Shown: positions 29,079 to 39,700 of the stretch, in pieces
How the letters are laid out: each line of letters opens with the position of its first letter
Position numbering within the stretch: the first letter of the stretch is position 1
Sequence record: DRR378314_2032
Reading direction: 5' to 3' (one strand)
Length of the DNA: 64,000 nt
Translations under genes and position numbers: made by a program
The notes under the pieces: generated by a model
The model's database searches: none
Told to the model about the DNA's origin: nothing
Seen by the model: the letters and a program-made list of their open reading frames with translations, nothing else

Positions 29079-29163
29079 AGAAAATGTCGGACATTTTTAG
29101 TAACAACAGTTTGGTAATGGAATGAACATATTTCCATTCCAAAAACAAACCTGAAAATAAAGG

Positions 29164-29225
29164 GGATGATTATTCCGTCTGAAGCGCAGCACAAGCCGTG
29201 CAATCAGCAAAATGAATAATCATCC
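29164..29225. terminator. Inverted repeat between convergent genes (possible bidirectional terminator)
   Basis: GGATGATTATTC (29164-29175) / GAATAATCATCC (29214-29225) followed by a T-run; inner GCAC/GTGC stem. Confidence 0.45.
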
Positions 29226-29319
29226 TTTTTTTAGTTCTTGGGGAGTTAACAGAAAAAACGCGCCAAATATAATGTGCAGATTAATTTTCCGTAATAACTC
29301 CGTCGCCCATTGTATTATT

Positions 29320-30936
29320 CTACATATCTGCCATCAAAGCCAAAAATTCTTTGTCGTGCTGTGGCTTCACCTCACAGGTATTGTCAAAAAACATAGTTGA
29401 TGTGTTTTCCGGATTGTACTCCAGCCACTGTGGCAACCCATTGTGGTTCGGGTTTCCTTTCTTGGCAAAATTGATCCAGGCACTGCTCATTTTATCGGCA
29501 AGTACATGGGCTTCCTGTCCACCACCCGTCATTTGTCGGGCACGTTCAATATTATCAAAAACAAAAGGAAGTTCCATGCAATGCAGGGCTTTATACTTCC
29601 CATCAAAAACTGGGGATTGCCAAGTAAACATAAACATGTAAACGGGCGCAGCATCCTCCAATTGTGATTTTTTGTTGGCCTGGAAAACGGCTCCAGGTCT
29701 AAAAGTAGCATCAATATCCAATAAATCGGATGGTCTGGTGTCATTTGGATATGCTTTTTTAACCGCGGCCACATAATCGTCAGCCTTATCCTTGTAGGTT
29801 TCTTTGATATGCGCCATCACTTCTTCTTCGGATGCTTGGAAAAAACGACCGTTCATAAATGGCGTAAATTCATTCTTGGTAGTGCCCAACATCAAGGGAA
29901 TATCTTTGGAAAGTTCGAATGCTTCATCGGACATTAAATCGTGTGGTAGCACATTCCCATCCATACTCGGTCCCCAATTGAGACTCAACCCCACAGGAAC
30001 AATGCCTTTGGCATTCATTTGCTCAGCTACTTTTTGCAAGGCTGCAGTTCCCGCTGCGCTTAATTTATCAAACGGGATGGTCTGAAGACTGTCCACTTGG
30101 TCTTCGGACAACGAAAGTTGGTTCAACACCTCGGCTGCAATGGCTCTTGTGGTTTCCTTTTTGGACAAACTGCCCCTGAACGAACCACTTTGATTTATCG
30201 CCTTGTGGAACAATCCTTTGGCCCGTGGCATGGCCATCAGGGTATTTACTTTGGCCCCTCCCCCTGACTGACCAAAAATCGTGATATTGTTTGGATCCCC
30301 GCCAAAGTTGGAAATATTGGCTTTTACCCAATCCAATGCGGCAACAATGTCCAGCATACTGTTGTTTGGAGTGTGTTTGTATTTTTCATCATAGGCGGAT
30401 AGATCCAGAAAACCCAATATGTTTAATCTATGATTAATGGAAACTACGACAACATCTTCCTTATTACTAAGGTTTTCTCCATCATACGATGGCAGTTCTT
30501 GGCTAGATCCTGCGGTAAATCCACCACCGTGCATCCAAAAAAGTACGGGTCTTTTTTTATTATCATCAATGCTCGGGGTCCAAATGTTGAGTCGAAGACA
30601 ATCTTCGCTGGTGTAGCCCCAATCGTGATCAAAAACAAATTCAGGCTCATCCTGAACCTGTGTAGTCGGTGTCATTAAGGGAGCAACGGGGCCGTACATT
30701 GTTGAACTTCTTACCCCTTCCCAAGGTTCCACTTTTTTTGCTGGCATAAAGCGTTCTGCGGTTGCGTAGGGAATCCCTTTGTAGGTATAAATTCCGTTTT
30801 GGATAAATCCGCGGACTTTCCCCGATTCGGTATCGGTCACCGCAACATCTGCTCCGGTTACAACTTCAGTTTGTGCCTGCAAAGAACTCATCCCAATTAC
30901 AACTAGGGATAAAAAGAGTGTTGTTTTTAATTTCAT
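29320..30936 (-). CDS. Type-B carboxylesterase (secreted)
   Basis: Signal peptide, SEDCLRLNIW, HGGGF, FGQSGGG nucleophile, HCMELPFVF. Confidence 0.9.
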   Translation of the reverse strand: MKLKTTLFLSLVVIGMSSLQAQTEVVTGADVAVTDTESGKVRGFIQNGIYTYKGIPYATAERFMPAKKVEPWEGVRSSTMYGPVAPLMTPTTQVQDEPEFVFDHDWGYTSEDCLRLNIWTPSIDDNKKRPVLFWMHGGGFTAGSSQELPSYDGENLSNKEDVVVVSINHRLNILGFLDLSAYDEKYKHTPNNSMLDIVAALDWVKANISNFGGDPNNITIFGQSGGGAKVNTLMAMPRAKGLFHKAINQSGSFRGSLSKKETTRAIAAEVLNQLSLSEDQVDSLQTIPFDKLSAAGTAALQKVAEQMNAKGIVPVGLSLNWGPSMDGNVLPHDLMSDEAFELSKDIPLMLGTTKNEFTPFMNGRFFQASEEEVMAHIKETYKDKADDYVAAVKKAYPNDTRPSDLLDIDATFRPGAVFQANKKSQLEDAAPVYMFMFTWQSPVFDGKYKALHCMELPFVFDNIERARQMTGGGQEAHVLADKMSSAWINFAKKGNPNHNGLPQWLEYNPENTSTMFFDNTCEVKPQHDKEFLALMADM

Positions 30937-31117
30937 TTTAGTTTGTTTAGTTATTGTTTTTGTATCGAGAATTTAGTTTTCCTGTAATCCAGAATCTACG
31001 CAGTAAAATACTATTTTGATTTTGGATATTTTACCCATATAACATTTAGCTCCGTAACTAGTTGTTTCTTAACTTGAACAAGATGTTATGAAACCTTGTT
31101 CTTCGTAAAGAGCCGTC

Positions 31118-31152
31118 AAAAAATAAAGCCCCAAGGTAAAAACCTTAGGGGC
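31118..31152 (-). terminator. Rho-independent terminator after nitroreductase
   Basis: GCCCC-AAGGT/ACCTT-A-GGGGC stem followed by TTTATTTTTT on the minus strand. Confidence 0.7.
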
Positions 31153-31187
31153 CAAATCATAATTAAATTCATTTGTAGAGAAAATAC

Positions 31188-31802
31188 TTAGTCTTTCCAT
31201 TTTCCTTTAAAGACAAAATCCTTTTGCGGGATTCTGGTTCGTTTTGCCGTTTCATTCTCCTGCAAATCCTCTGAAAGATCCTCAATATCGCCTCCATAAT
31301 AACCCAAGGCTATTGCTGAAGATACGTGATAGCCTTTGGGGACATTAAAACTTTTCTGGGCCTTTTTCCAATCCACTCCAGCCATATGGTGCAGGGCTAT
31401 GTCCATATATTGGGCCTGTACGGTCATATTTCCCAAGCATAGACCCAAGTCGTGCAAAGCGTGGAAGTTCTCTTTTCCGTCATCTGTGTTTTCTTTATAA
31501 ATGGCCAACATCAACATTGGTGCATTAACAGCCCAAGATTGGTTGAATTCGCTTAGGCAATCCACCATCTTGTCGTATTCTTTGGAACCTTTTTCAGCAT
31601 AAATAAATCGCCATGGCTGTCTATTGAACGAACTAGCAGACCATCTTGCCGCTTCAAACAATTGTTTGATTTGTTCGGAATCTATCTTTTCTTCTTTAAA
31701 AATTCTTGGACTGTAACGCTGTTTGAGCAGCGCATAAATTTCGTAATCGTTGTCCGCTATGTTTCCTAATCTAATTTGGTCTTCTTCAGTCGTCAGTATC
31801 AT
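31188..31802 (-). CDS. Nitroreductase family protein
   Basis: QRYSPRIF, AARWSASSFNRQPWRF, HDLG, HHMAG, IALGY. Confidence 0.88.
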   Translation of the reverse strand: MILTTEEDQIRLGNIADNDYEIYALLKQRYSPRIFKEEKIDSEQIKQLFEAARWSASSFNRQPWRFIYAEKGSKEYDKMVDCLSEFNQSWAVNAPMLMLAIYKENTDDGKENFHALHDLGLCLGNMTVQAQYMDIALHHMAGVDWKKAQKSFNVPKGYHVSSAIALGYYGGDIEDLSEDLQENETAKRTRIPQKDFVFKGKWKD

Positions 31803-32256
31803 ATAAAATTTTAGTTTTCTCAAGTATACGTGTATATTCCATCATCAGTTACCTCAATTGCGTGTTATTTTAACGCTATTGATTTTTTGGTCTGGATTAG
31901 AAGACTCCTCCAACCACTTTACGCATATTCAGACTCCTCCCATTATTCTTTGCCCTACGTTCTTTTGTAAATTAGAACGATTACCCTGAATTGGTCGATT
32001 AACGAATGGACCGTCCATCTTTTGCGGAATCTATAACGCAATCTGATTATCTAGGGAGACAACTGCTGTAGTTCCAAAGATTAAATAAACCAAGGTCATA
32101 TTAATACACTTCAATTTATACTCATCATATTTCAGTTTTACCCTATATTGTAGCCATTTGTATGAGAGACTGGATGTCTTATTATTATTCCGGATATGGA
32201 ACCTATAATGCATCTAAATCAAACCTATCCTGTTTTTCCCTTAAAGGGAAAGTAGA

Positions 32257-33339
32257 ATGAAAAATACCTTTAACAAACCAATGAACCCCCAATTAAAACC
32301 ATTTTTTGACCAATCCATGGATTGTTTGTGCATCGCAAACTACGATGGGTATTTTGTAAAAATAAATCCTGCTCTCATAAAGCTTTTGGGATACACCGAA
32401 GAGGAACTGAAATCAAAATTAATTTCCAAATTCATTCATCCCGAGGACAGGGAACGAACAGCCTCCTTTAGGGAAAGACTGAAAAACAATGTTCCACTTG
32501 TGGATTTTGAAAACAGATATGTATGTAAATCAGGGGCCATTGTATGGCTGCATTGGACATCCATACCATTGGAAAGCAAACGGTTGATCTACGCTATAGC
32601 CAAAGATATTACGCATACTAAGACACTTGAGAAAGAGCGTATTTTACATTTAAGCCAACTTTCAAAGGTCAATGAAAAACTTAAATACCAGAATTACAGT
32701 GCTTCTCATGACCTTAGGTCTCCACTGAACAATATTATGTCCCTCGTCAACTTATTGGATTTGAGCAAAATAGATGATACGGAGACCAAGGAAATACTCA
32801 GTTTAATAAAACTTTCGACCGAAGGGTTAAAAAATACCTTGAACGCCTATATCGACTCTTACAAAGCATCCGACTTGCCGGATACAGAACTGGAGGAGGT
32901 CGATTTTAAAAAAGTACTCGACAAAGTGCAAGGTTCCATAAGTTCTTTGATACAACGAGCTGGAGTTACATTTCGAATAGATTTTGGCGCTTTGACAAGC
33001 GTAAATTTCAAAAATATCTACCTGGAAAGTGTTTTTTTGAATTTAATCACCAATTCCATTAAATACTCTCGGCCAAATGTTCCGCCGATCATATCGATTA
33101 GCACCTCTCAGGAAAATGGAGAAAAAAAACTGATCTATAAGGACAATGGACTTGGCTTTGATATGGAGAAGGTGGGCAGTCTTATCTTTAAATTGAACGA
33201 AAAATTCCACGGCAACAAAGACAGCAAAGGTGTTGGGCTATATTTGGTGCACCAGCAGGTTACCAGCCTTGGAGGAAGTATTTCCGTGGATAGTCAAGTC
33301 AACCAAGGAACCACTTTCGTTATCCGGTTTAAGGATTGA
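32257..33339 (+). CDS. Orphan cytoplasmic PAS sensor histidine kinase
   Basis: PAS (FIHPEDR), H-box SHDLRSPL, NSIKYS, DNGLG, GVGLY; no adjacent response regulator. Confidence 0.88.
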   Translation: MKNTFNKPMNPQLKPFFDQSMDCLCIANYDGYFVKINPALIKLLGYTEEELKSKLISKFIHPEDRERTASFRERLKNNVPLVDFENRYVCKSGAIVWLHWTSIPLESKRLIYAIAKDITHTKTLEKERILHLSQLSKVNEKLKYQNYSASHDLRSPLNNIMSLVNLLDLSKIDDTETKEILSLIKLSTEGLKNTLNAYIDSYKASDLPDTELEEVDFKKVLDKVQGSISSLIQRAGVTFRIDFGALTSVNFKNIYLESVFLNLITNSIKYSRPNVPPIISISTSQENGEKKLIYKDNGLGFDMEKVGSLIFKLNEKFHGNKDSKGVGLYLVHQQVTSLGGSISVDSQVNQGTTFVIRFKD

Positions 33340-33346
33340 ATCTACC

Positions 33347-33378
33347 AAAAAAGCTTCCTTTTTACTTGAAAGTGAAGC
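33347..33378 (-). terminator. Probable terminator for the pnuC operon
   Basis: Imperfect GCTTC/GAAGC stem with T6 on the minus strand, between convergent genes. Confidence 0.45.
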
Positions 33379-33403
33379 ATTAACAAAAGATGACTATTCA
33401 GCT

Positions 33404-34411
33404 TTATGGGCCTTCCCTAAAAATATGATGCTGTGTTGCCGTAAAATAGTCCTTAAAAATTTGGTTCAAGGGGTGCGACTCTTTACTTGCATAAATACCC
33501 AATATAGGGTAGGCCTCAATAATGGCATGGGATAGCAACATTACGGACTCCGATGCTTTTCTATGCACCTTTTTTATAAAGGTTTCTGAAAACGTCGCAC
33601 CTTTCCCTATTTGTCCCTGCATTTGTCCCGCATAGTCCATCATCAATTTATCTGAGGATTTGATTGTGTTTTCAAGCTCGGTCAAAGATTTATGGGTTCG
33701 CAGCACCTTACGTCCTTCTTCTAAAAAATGCCATGCCATTCCGATATAATTGGCCCATAAGGTCAAATCCGCAAAAACGGAAAAAGGGACTTTAAAAATG
33801 GTATGGGGCTGATAAAGTTCATTGTAAACAAAACTGTATTTTCCGTGCACCCATTTTGAATCTATCCTGAAAGAATGTGTTGCCGTGGCTTTTAACCCCA
33901 TGGTATTCCAGTCCTTGATTATCTCGACATCGTCCTTTCCCAATACAAATGAACGAACCGTGGGAGTGCCATCTGCTTGAAGTACATCCTTGCCCCCTTT
34001 CTGGATTTTTGCATTCAAGGTAAAGTGTGTCAGATATGGTGCTCCAGTGGCATATTTCCATATACCTGAAATAATGTACCCTTCCCCCTGTTTCTCAGCC
34101 GTTCCAAAAACACCGCCACTGCCACCAAAGCATACGGGGCTTTCCGGATTACGAAAAACTTCGTCGGCAACCTCTCTTCGTAAATTTCCAATAAAGAAAT
34201 TGGCACCACTGCAAAGGGTCACGGTCCACCCAAGACTTCCATCACATTTTGCCAAGGACCTCAGCTTTACCAAACCTTCGGGCAAAGTCATTTCCAGTCC
34301 GCCATAGGTTTTTGGCACCCAAAGGTTCCATAAGTTTTGTTGGGCAATCCAATCCAAAACTTCTGCATCAAACTCCTTTTCTTCCCAATTTAACTGTTTA
34401 GGCACCCGCAT
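33404..34411 (-). CDS. Acyl-CoA dehydrogenase-fold flavin-dependent hydroxylase/oxidoreductase
   Basis: VPKTYGG, DGSLGW, ISGIWKYATGA, DWNTMGLKATATH; overlaps the pnuC stop. Confidence 0.75.
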   Translation of the reverse strand: MRVPKQLNWEEKEFDAEVLDWIAQQNLWNLWVPKTYGGLEMTLPEGLVKLRSLAKCDGSLGWTVTLCSGANFFIGNLRREVADEVFRNPESPVCFGGSGGVFGTAEKQGEGYIISGIWKYATGAPYLTHFTLNAKIQKGGKDVLQADGTPTVRSFVLGKDDVEIIKDWNTMGLKATATHSFRIDSKWVHGKYSFVYNELYQPHTIFKVPFSVFADLTLWANYIGMAWHFLEEGRKVLRTHKSLTELENTIKSSDKLMMDYAGQMQGQIGKGATFSETFIKKVHRKASESVMLLSHAIIEAYPILGIYASKESHPLNQIFKDYFTATQHHIFREGP

Positions 34412-35003
34412 AAGTTTTGTCTCTTTTTTGTGCAATTATTTTTTTCCATTTGATATATCCCGAAACAGCTACCGCAAACAAAAAAGCCGTTAATCCGGCG
34501 TAGATATAAAGTTCCTTATAAATCAAAAGCGGTACGGATATAAGATTACTAATGTTCAAATAAATCCAATTCTCTATTTTGCGCTTGGCCATCAACCACA
34601 TACCTGCCCATGCAAAGGCACATACCACGGCATCCCAATAGGGCACATCGGAATCGGTATGTTGCCCCAACCAATAAGCCATCAGAACAAAGCATCCCAA
34701 TACAATGCCAACAGCAATTTTATGTTCTTTTTGGCTTGAATAAGAAATGGGAGCTTCCTTTTTTTGCTTTCCGCTCTTCCAATAAAACCAACCGTAAATG
34801 CTCATTGCCAAATAATAGAGATTGAGCACGATATCGGCATATAATTGGGATTGGTACAATACCCAAATACTGATTAAAATGGCAACCATGCCAAAAAGGT
34901 AATTATGAATGTTATTTTGCCGTGCCAAAAGAACTTGGAGTACACCAAAAATAGTTCCCAGCCATTGCAGTAAGGTAAGTTGTGAAAGAAATTCCATATG
35001 CAT
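34398..35003 (-). CDS. pnuC: PnuC-family vitamin transporter, probably thiamine (PnuT)
   Basis: Multiple TMs, YGWFYW, PYWDA, KIENWIY; directly downstream of a TPP riboswitch. Confidence 0.88.
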   Translation of the reverse strand: MHMEFLSQLTLLQWLGTIFGVLQVLLARQNNIHNYLFGMVAILISIWVLYQSQLYADIVLNLYYLAMSIYGWFYWKSGKQKKEAPISYSSQKEHKIAVGIVLGCFVLMAYWLGQHTDSDVPYWDAVVCAFAWAGMWLMAKRKIENWIYLNISNLISVPLLIYKELYIYAGLTAFLFAVAVSGYIKWKKIIAQKRDKTYAGA

Positions 35004-35071
35004 TTGAGCAATCCTTAAAATTTACAATCAATGGGATACCCAAATTGGAAAACAGTCAGGACAAGCCTGCT

Positions 35072-35160
35072 AAAATCCCTACGCCAGTATTACCTGGATC
35101 AGGTGTGAAGCGATAAGCTTCCGGGTATAATCTCAGCCTAAAAAATATGGGCACCCCATT
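35072..35160 (-). ncRNA. TPP (thi-box) riboswitch
   Basis: Minus strand GGGGTGC...GGCTGAGATTATACCC...ACCTGATCCAGGTAATACTGGCGTAGGGA; perfect -7 element TACCTTTG at 35168-35175 just upstream. Confidence 0.93.
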
Positions 35161-35246
35161 ACAAAGACAAAGGTATGTAATTGTAATAGGTTTTTGAAAA
35201 ATCCTAATAAAGTATAAAAACCGGGGGTTCTTTTCTAGTGAAAATC

Positions 35247-35279
35247 AAAAAGCTCCCGGCCAAAATTGGCCGGGAGCTT
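35247..35279 (-). terminator. Rho-independent terminator after the GH43 gene
   Basis: AAGCTCCCGGCCAA/TTGGCCGGGAGCTT perfect stem ending in a T-run on the minus strand. Confidence 0.85.
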
Positions 35280-35314
35280 CGTATGTTTATTTAAGTATGA
35301 GACCGAAGGATAAT

Positions 35315-36469
35315 TTATTTATTCGATTCTGCTTCCACAAAGGCGTTCAATCTTTTTATGCTACCATCAGGATTATGGGTAAGCTCGGTCATTTTTACGC
35401 TTCTCAGGTGTGTCTTTCCTCCTGACATGGAACTATCGTGAAAAAACAACCACCATTTCCCCTGGTATTTTACAATGGAATGATGATTGGTCCAACCCAA
35501 AACAGGGTCTAATATTACCCCTTTGTAAGTGAATGGTCCATATGGGCTATCCCCTATCGCATAAACTATATTATGTGTGTCGCCAGTGGAATAGGACAAA
35601 TAGTATTTACCGTCATATTTATGGACCCACGCAGCTTCAAAAAAACGGCGGTCGTTATCACCAGCAACTATAGGGTCTCCATTTTCGTCCAAAACCAGTA
35701 CATCTTTGGGTTCTTCGGCAAAACTGACCATATCATCGGCCATCAGTGCCACCTTTGGCGCAAGTGCCGGTTCATCATCCGCCGGGTACCGATCTTCCCC
35801 GAGGTACTCACCTTGGTTCCATTGTTGTAATTGTCCGCCCCAAATACCTCCAAAGTACATATAGTATTTACCATCGGTATCTTCAAAAACCGCGGGGTCC
35901 ATACTGTAACTTCCTTCAATGGGATTGTCCATGGCCTCAAATGGACCTTCTGGATTTTTGCTTATTGCCACTCCGATATGGAAGATATCTTCTTTGTCCT
36001 TGACCGGAAAGTACAAAAAGTATTCATCACCTTTCTTGGCGGCGTCGGGCGCCCACATTTGCCTTCCTGCCCAAGGCACATCATCAATATGTAGCGCCAA
36101 ACCATGGTCGGTTACCTCTCCCCCAACGCTGTCCATGGAAAAAACGTGATAATCTTCCATATTAAAATGACTCCCAAGATCATCTTCCGGTATTCCAGAT
36201 TCAAAGTCATGGGATGGATATACGTAGAGTTTACCATTAAAAACATGCGCGGAAGGATCAGCGGTATACATATCGGTCGTCAACAGATACACCTGTTCCG
36301 GTGTGGTTCCGATGGTATCAACTACCTCTTCTGCTACTTTCTGGCTTTCGGCGGGCCGCTCCTTTTTGGGTTTGCAACCGATTACGGAAAAAACAAGTGC
36401 AAATGATAAAAAAACTCTATTTACACCACCATTTAGGAATACTTTGAGGTAACTAACTACATTTTTCAT
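35315..36469 (-). CDS. GH43 beta-xylosidase/alpha-L-arabinofuranosidase (GH43_1-like) lipoprotein
   Basis: TADPSAHVFNGKLYVYPSHD, MWAPDAA, SMDPAVF, RFFEAAW, WTNHHSI. Confidence 0.9.
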   Translation of the reverse strand: MKNVVSYLKVFLNGGVNRVFLSFALVFSVIGCKPKKERPAESQKVAEEVVDTIGTTPEQVYLLTTDMYTADPSAHVFNGKLYVYPSHDFESGIPEDDLGSHFNMEDYHVFSMDSVGGEVTDHGLALHIDDVPWAGRQMWAPDAAKKGDEYFLYFPVKDKEDIFHIGVAISKNPEGPFEAMDNPIEGSYSMDPAVFEDTDGKYYMYFGGIWGGQLQQWNQGEYLGEDRYPADDEPALAPKVALMADDMVSFAEEPKDVLVLDENGDPIVAGDNDRRFFEAAWVHKYDGKYYLSYSTGDTHNIVYAIGDSPYGPFTYKGVILDPVLGWTNHHSIVKYQGKWWLFFHDSSMSGGKTHLRSVKMTELTHNPDGSIKRLNAFVEAESNK

Positions 36470-36625
36470 AAAAATTTCAGCATTAAAATGTTAAAAATAT
36501 AACTTCTAGAGCACAAACAATCGTTTGCTTAAAACATGATACAATATAAATAAACTGATTTACAATAGGTTAAATGTTTATTTGGTAGCAAGATCAATAA
36601 TTTTTCAACAATTTGCAATTTTTTA

Positions 36626-36665
36626 ACGCAACCGATTGCGTGAATCAATATATTATGTATATTTA
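36626..36665 (+). promoter_or_regulatory. LacI-type operator overlapping the susC promoter
   Basis: ACGCAACCGATTGCGT at 36626-36641; TTG(36636)-N19-TATATTTA(36658-36665). Confidence 0.72.
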
Positions 36666-36740
36666 TCACATTCTAAATATTGAGCGCTCTTTTTTGCCAT
36701 AATAGAATTAAATAACTAAACAAAATCAAAACTTAGTAAC

Positions 36741-39700
36741 ATGACTAAAAAATCATTTTTTGTTTTTACAAATAGCAAATGGTCCTATCCGCTGCATTTG
36801 TATCTAACAAGCTTTTTGTTGTTTGTTTTTTGTACCACTGCATTTGCACAGAATACCATTACGGTATCCGGAACGGTTTCGGATGAATCTGGCACGCCTA
36901 TTCCCGGGGTAAGCGTACTTGTACAAAACACAACAAACGGGACATCAACGGACTTTGACGGGAACTATACATTGGAAGCTGCATCCAATGCCACCTTGGA
37001 GTTTCGTTATCTTGGATTCGTTACTCAAACGATTGCAGTCAACGGAAGATCCTCCATCAATGTTCAATTGGCAGAAGACACCCAAAAACTAGATGAGGTG
37101 GTTGTAATAGGTTACGGTACCCAAAGGAAAGAATCCGTAACGGGTTCGGTGGTTTCCATTAAAGGAGACAATTTGAACGAAGTGCAAGCAGGTAACTTTC
37201 AACAAGCGCTTCAAGGGCGAGCTGCCGGGGTCAACATTACCACAACAAGCACCAGACCCGGGGCTGCACCGCAAATACGTATTCGTGGCACGCGTTCCCT
37301 CTCAGCAGACAACAATCCTTTGGTTGTTCTGAACGGTATCCCTTTTTCCGGTGGACTCAACGACATCAATCCAAATGACATTGAAAGTCTAGATATCTTA
37401 AAGGATGCTTCTGCAACAGCCATTTATGGTTCTCGAGGAGCGAACGGTGTTATCTTGATTACTACAAAGTCCGGTACCAAAGGCCAAAAGGCAACTGTCT
37501 CCTACAATACCTATTATGCATCAAAGCAAGTATTTGCCAAATTCCCAATGATGAATGCCGCCCAATTGATTCAATTGCGCGCTGATGTAGCGGCAAACAA
37601 TGGTGGTGTCCCTATTTTTAATTTGGGAGGAGACGAATTTTTGGGGAACGATACCGATTGGCAAGACCAACTATATGGTACTGGTTTGCAAACCGCACAC
37701 GATTTTAGTATAAAGGGAGGTACCGAAAACGGTTCTTACAATATTGGTTTAGGTTATTTCAAAGAAACTTCGGTGTTGCCAGGGGATTCTTTTGATAGAT
37801 ACTCCTTACGAGTACAAATCGACCAGAATGTTGGTGATTGGCTCCGTTTTGGAGTAAACTCGGTCACCAATTTTAGTGAAACCAGTGGCATTGTGGGCCC
37901 TGCATTGGATGCTTCGCCATTATTGAGTCCTTTTGATGAAAATGGAAACTATTTGGAATCGGTTCGATTGCAAACCCAAGCCGATGATGTATGGTACCCC
38001 ACAAGAAATGAGATTAGACGTATTGGAAAAGGGCGAGCCAATGAGCAGCTCGACTTTGGTACCTACAACAACATTTATGGTGAGGTGAAGATACCCGGTG
38101 TCGATGGTCTGAAATATCGTTTGAACATCGGTTTGAACTATCGTGCCTCAAGGGATGGTAATTTTACCGGACAAGGTGTATTTAACTTTAATCCAACCAA
38201 TCCATCCACAGCAAGTTATGATGCATCCTTTACACGTGATTATGTAATTGAGAACCAACTGTTGTACGACAAAACCTTTGGCAAGCATCAAGTCAATTTT
38301 GTTGGATTGTTCTCTGCCCAAAAAACCCAGTTTGACAATATTGGTTATGCTGCCCAGAATATTCCCAATGAATCTTCTTTATGGTACCAGCTGGATGATG
38401 ATGTGATACTTGCCGAAGACCTCACCAGATATGGTACCGGATTCTCTGAGACAGGATTACTGTCATATATGGCAAGGGTATTGTACCAATATGACAACCG
38501 TTATCTATTCACGGCAACCCTTCGTACCGACGGGTCCTCAAGATTGGCGCCCGGAAATAAGTACTTTACCTATCCCGCAATGTCCGTGGGGTGGAATGTT
38601 GCCAACGAATCCTTTATGGAAAATGTGGATTGGGTAAACCAATTAAAATTTAGAGCAGGTTATGGAGAAACCTCCAACCAGGCCATAGCCCCTTATTCAG
38701 TGCAAGGTGCGTTAAGCTTGGTCAACTACAACTTTGGTGAGACCTATACCACGGGTGCATTTGTAAATCAGCTACCCGCTCCGGATTTGGGATGGGAGTT
38801 TTCCGAGACCTTTAACTACGGTTTGGATTTCGGTTTGTTCAACAATCGTCTCTCCGGTAGTGTCGAATACTACGTGACCCAGACCAAAGATATCTTGCTC
38901 GGAGTAGGACTGCCTGAATCTTCAGGTGTGGGCTTTACAACAAGAAACATTGGTGATACGGAGAATAAAGGTATTGAAGTTGCACTTAACGCAACTATTT
39001 TTGATAATCCCGATGGATTTTCTTGGGATATTGGATTTAACGCCTATAGAAACAGAAACAAAATTACCGCATTGGCCTCTGGGGTTGAAAGAGATGAAGG
39101 AAACCTTTGGTTTGTCGGATCCCCGATCAATGTGATCTTTGACTACGAAAGATTGGGGCTTTGGAATCAGGACGATCCAGGTTTTGAATATTTGGACCAG
39201 TTTGAACCAGGCGGTAACGAAGGTATGATCAGAGTAAGATATACTGGGGAATTCAATGAGGACGGCTCGCCGGTTAGAGCAGTTGATCCTGATGATAGAA
39301 TTGTGCAAGATCCCCAACCCGATTTTCTGGGTGGTTTCAATACACGATTGGCCTACAAAAACTGGGATTTAAATGTGATCGGTGCTTTCCAAAGCGGGGG
39401 TATTCTCGTGAGTACACTGTATTCATCAGCCGGCTATCTTAACTTATTGACCGGTAGAAGAAATAACGTGGATGTAGACTACTGGACACCAACAAACACC
39501 GATGCCAAATACCCTGCTCCAGGTGGAATTCAAAGTGGAGACAATCAAAAATACGCAAGTACTTTGGGTTATTTTGATGGGTCTTATTTAAAGTTTCGCG
39601 CTATTACATTGGGCTACAATTTTGACCAAAAGTTAATGTCGGATGCAGGATTCAAGAGTCTTCGCCTCTATGCCACCGTGCAAAATCCCTTTGTACTGTT

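Noticed and set aside
32031-32213. 60-aa minus-strand ORF upstream of nitroreductase
   Set aside because: No motif or supporting context; likely spurious
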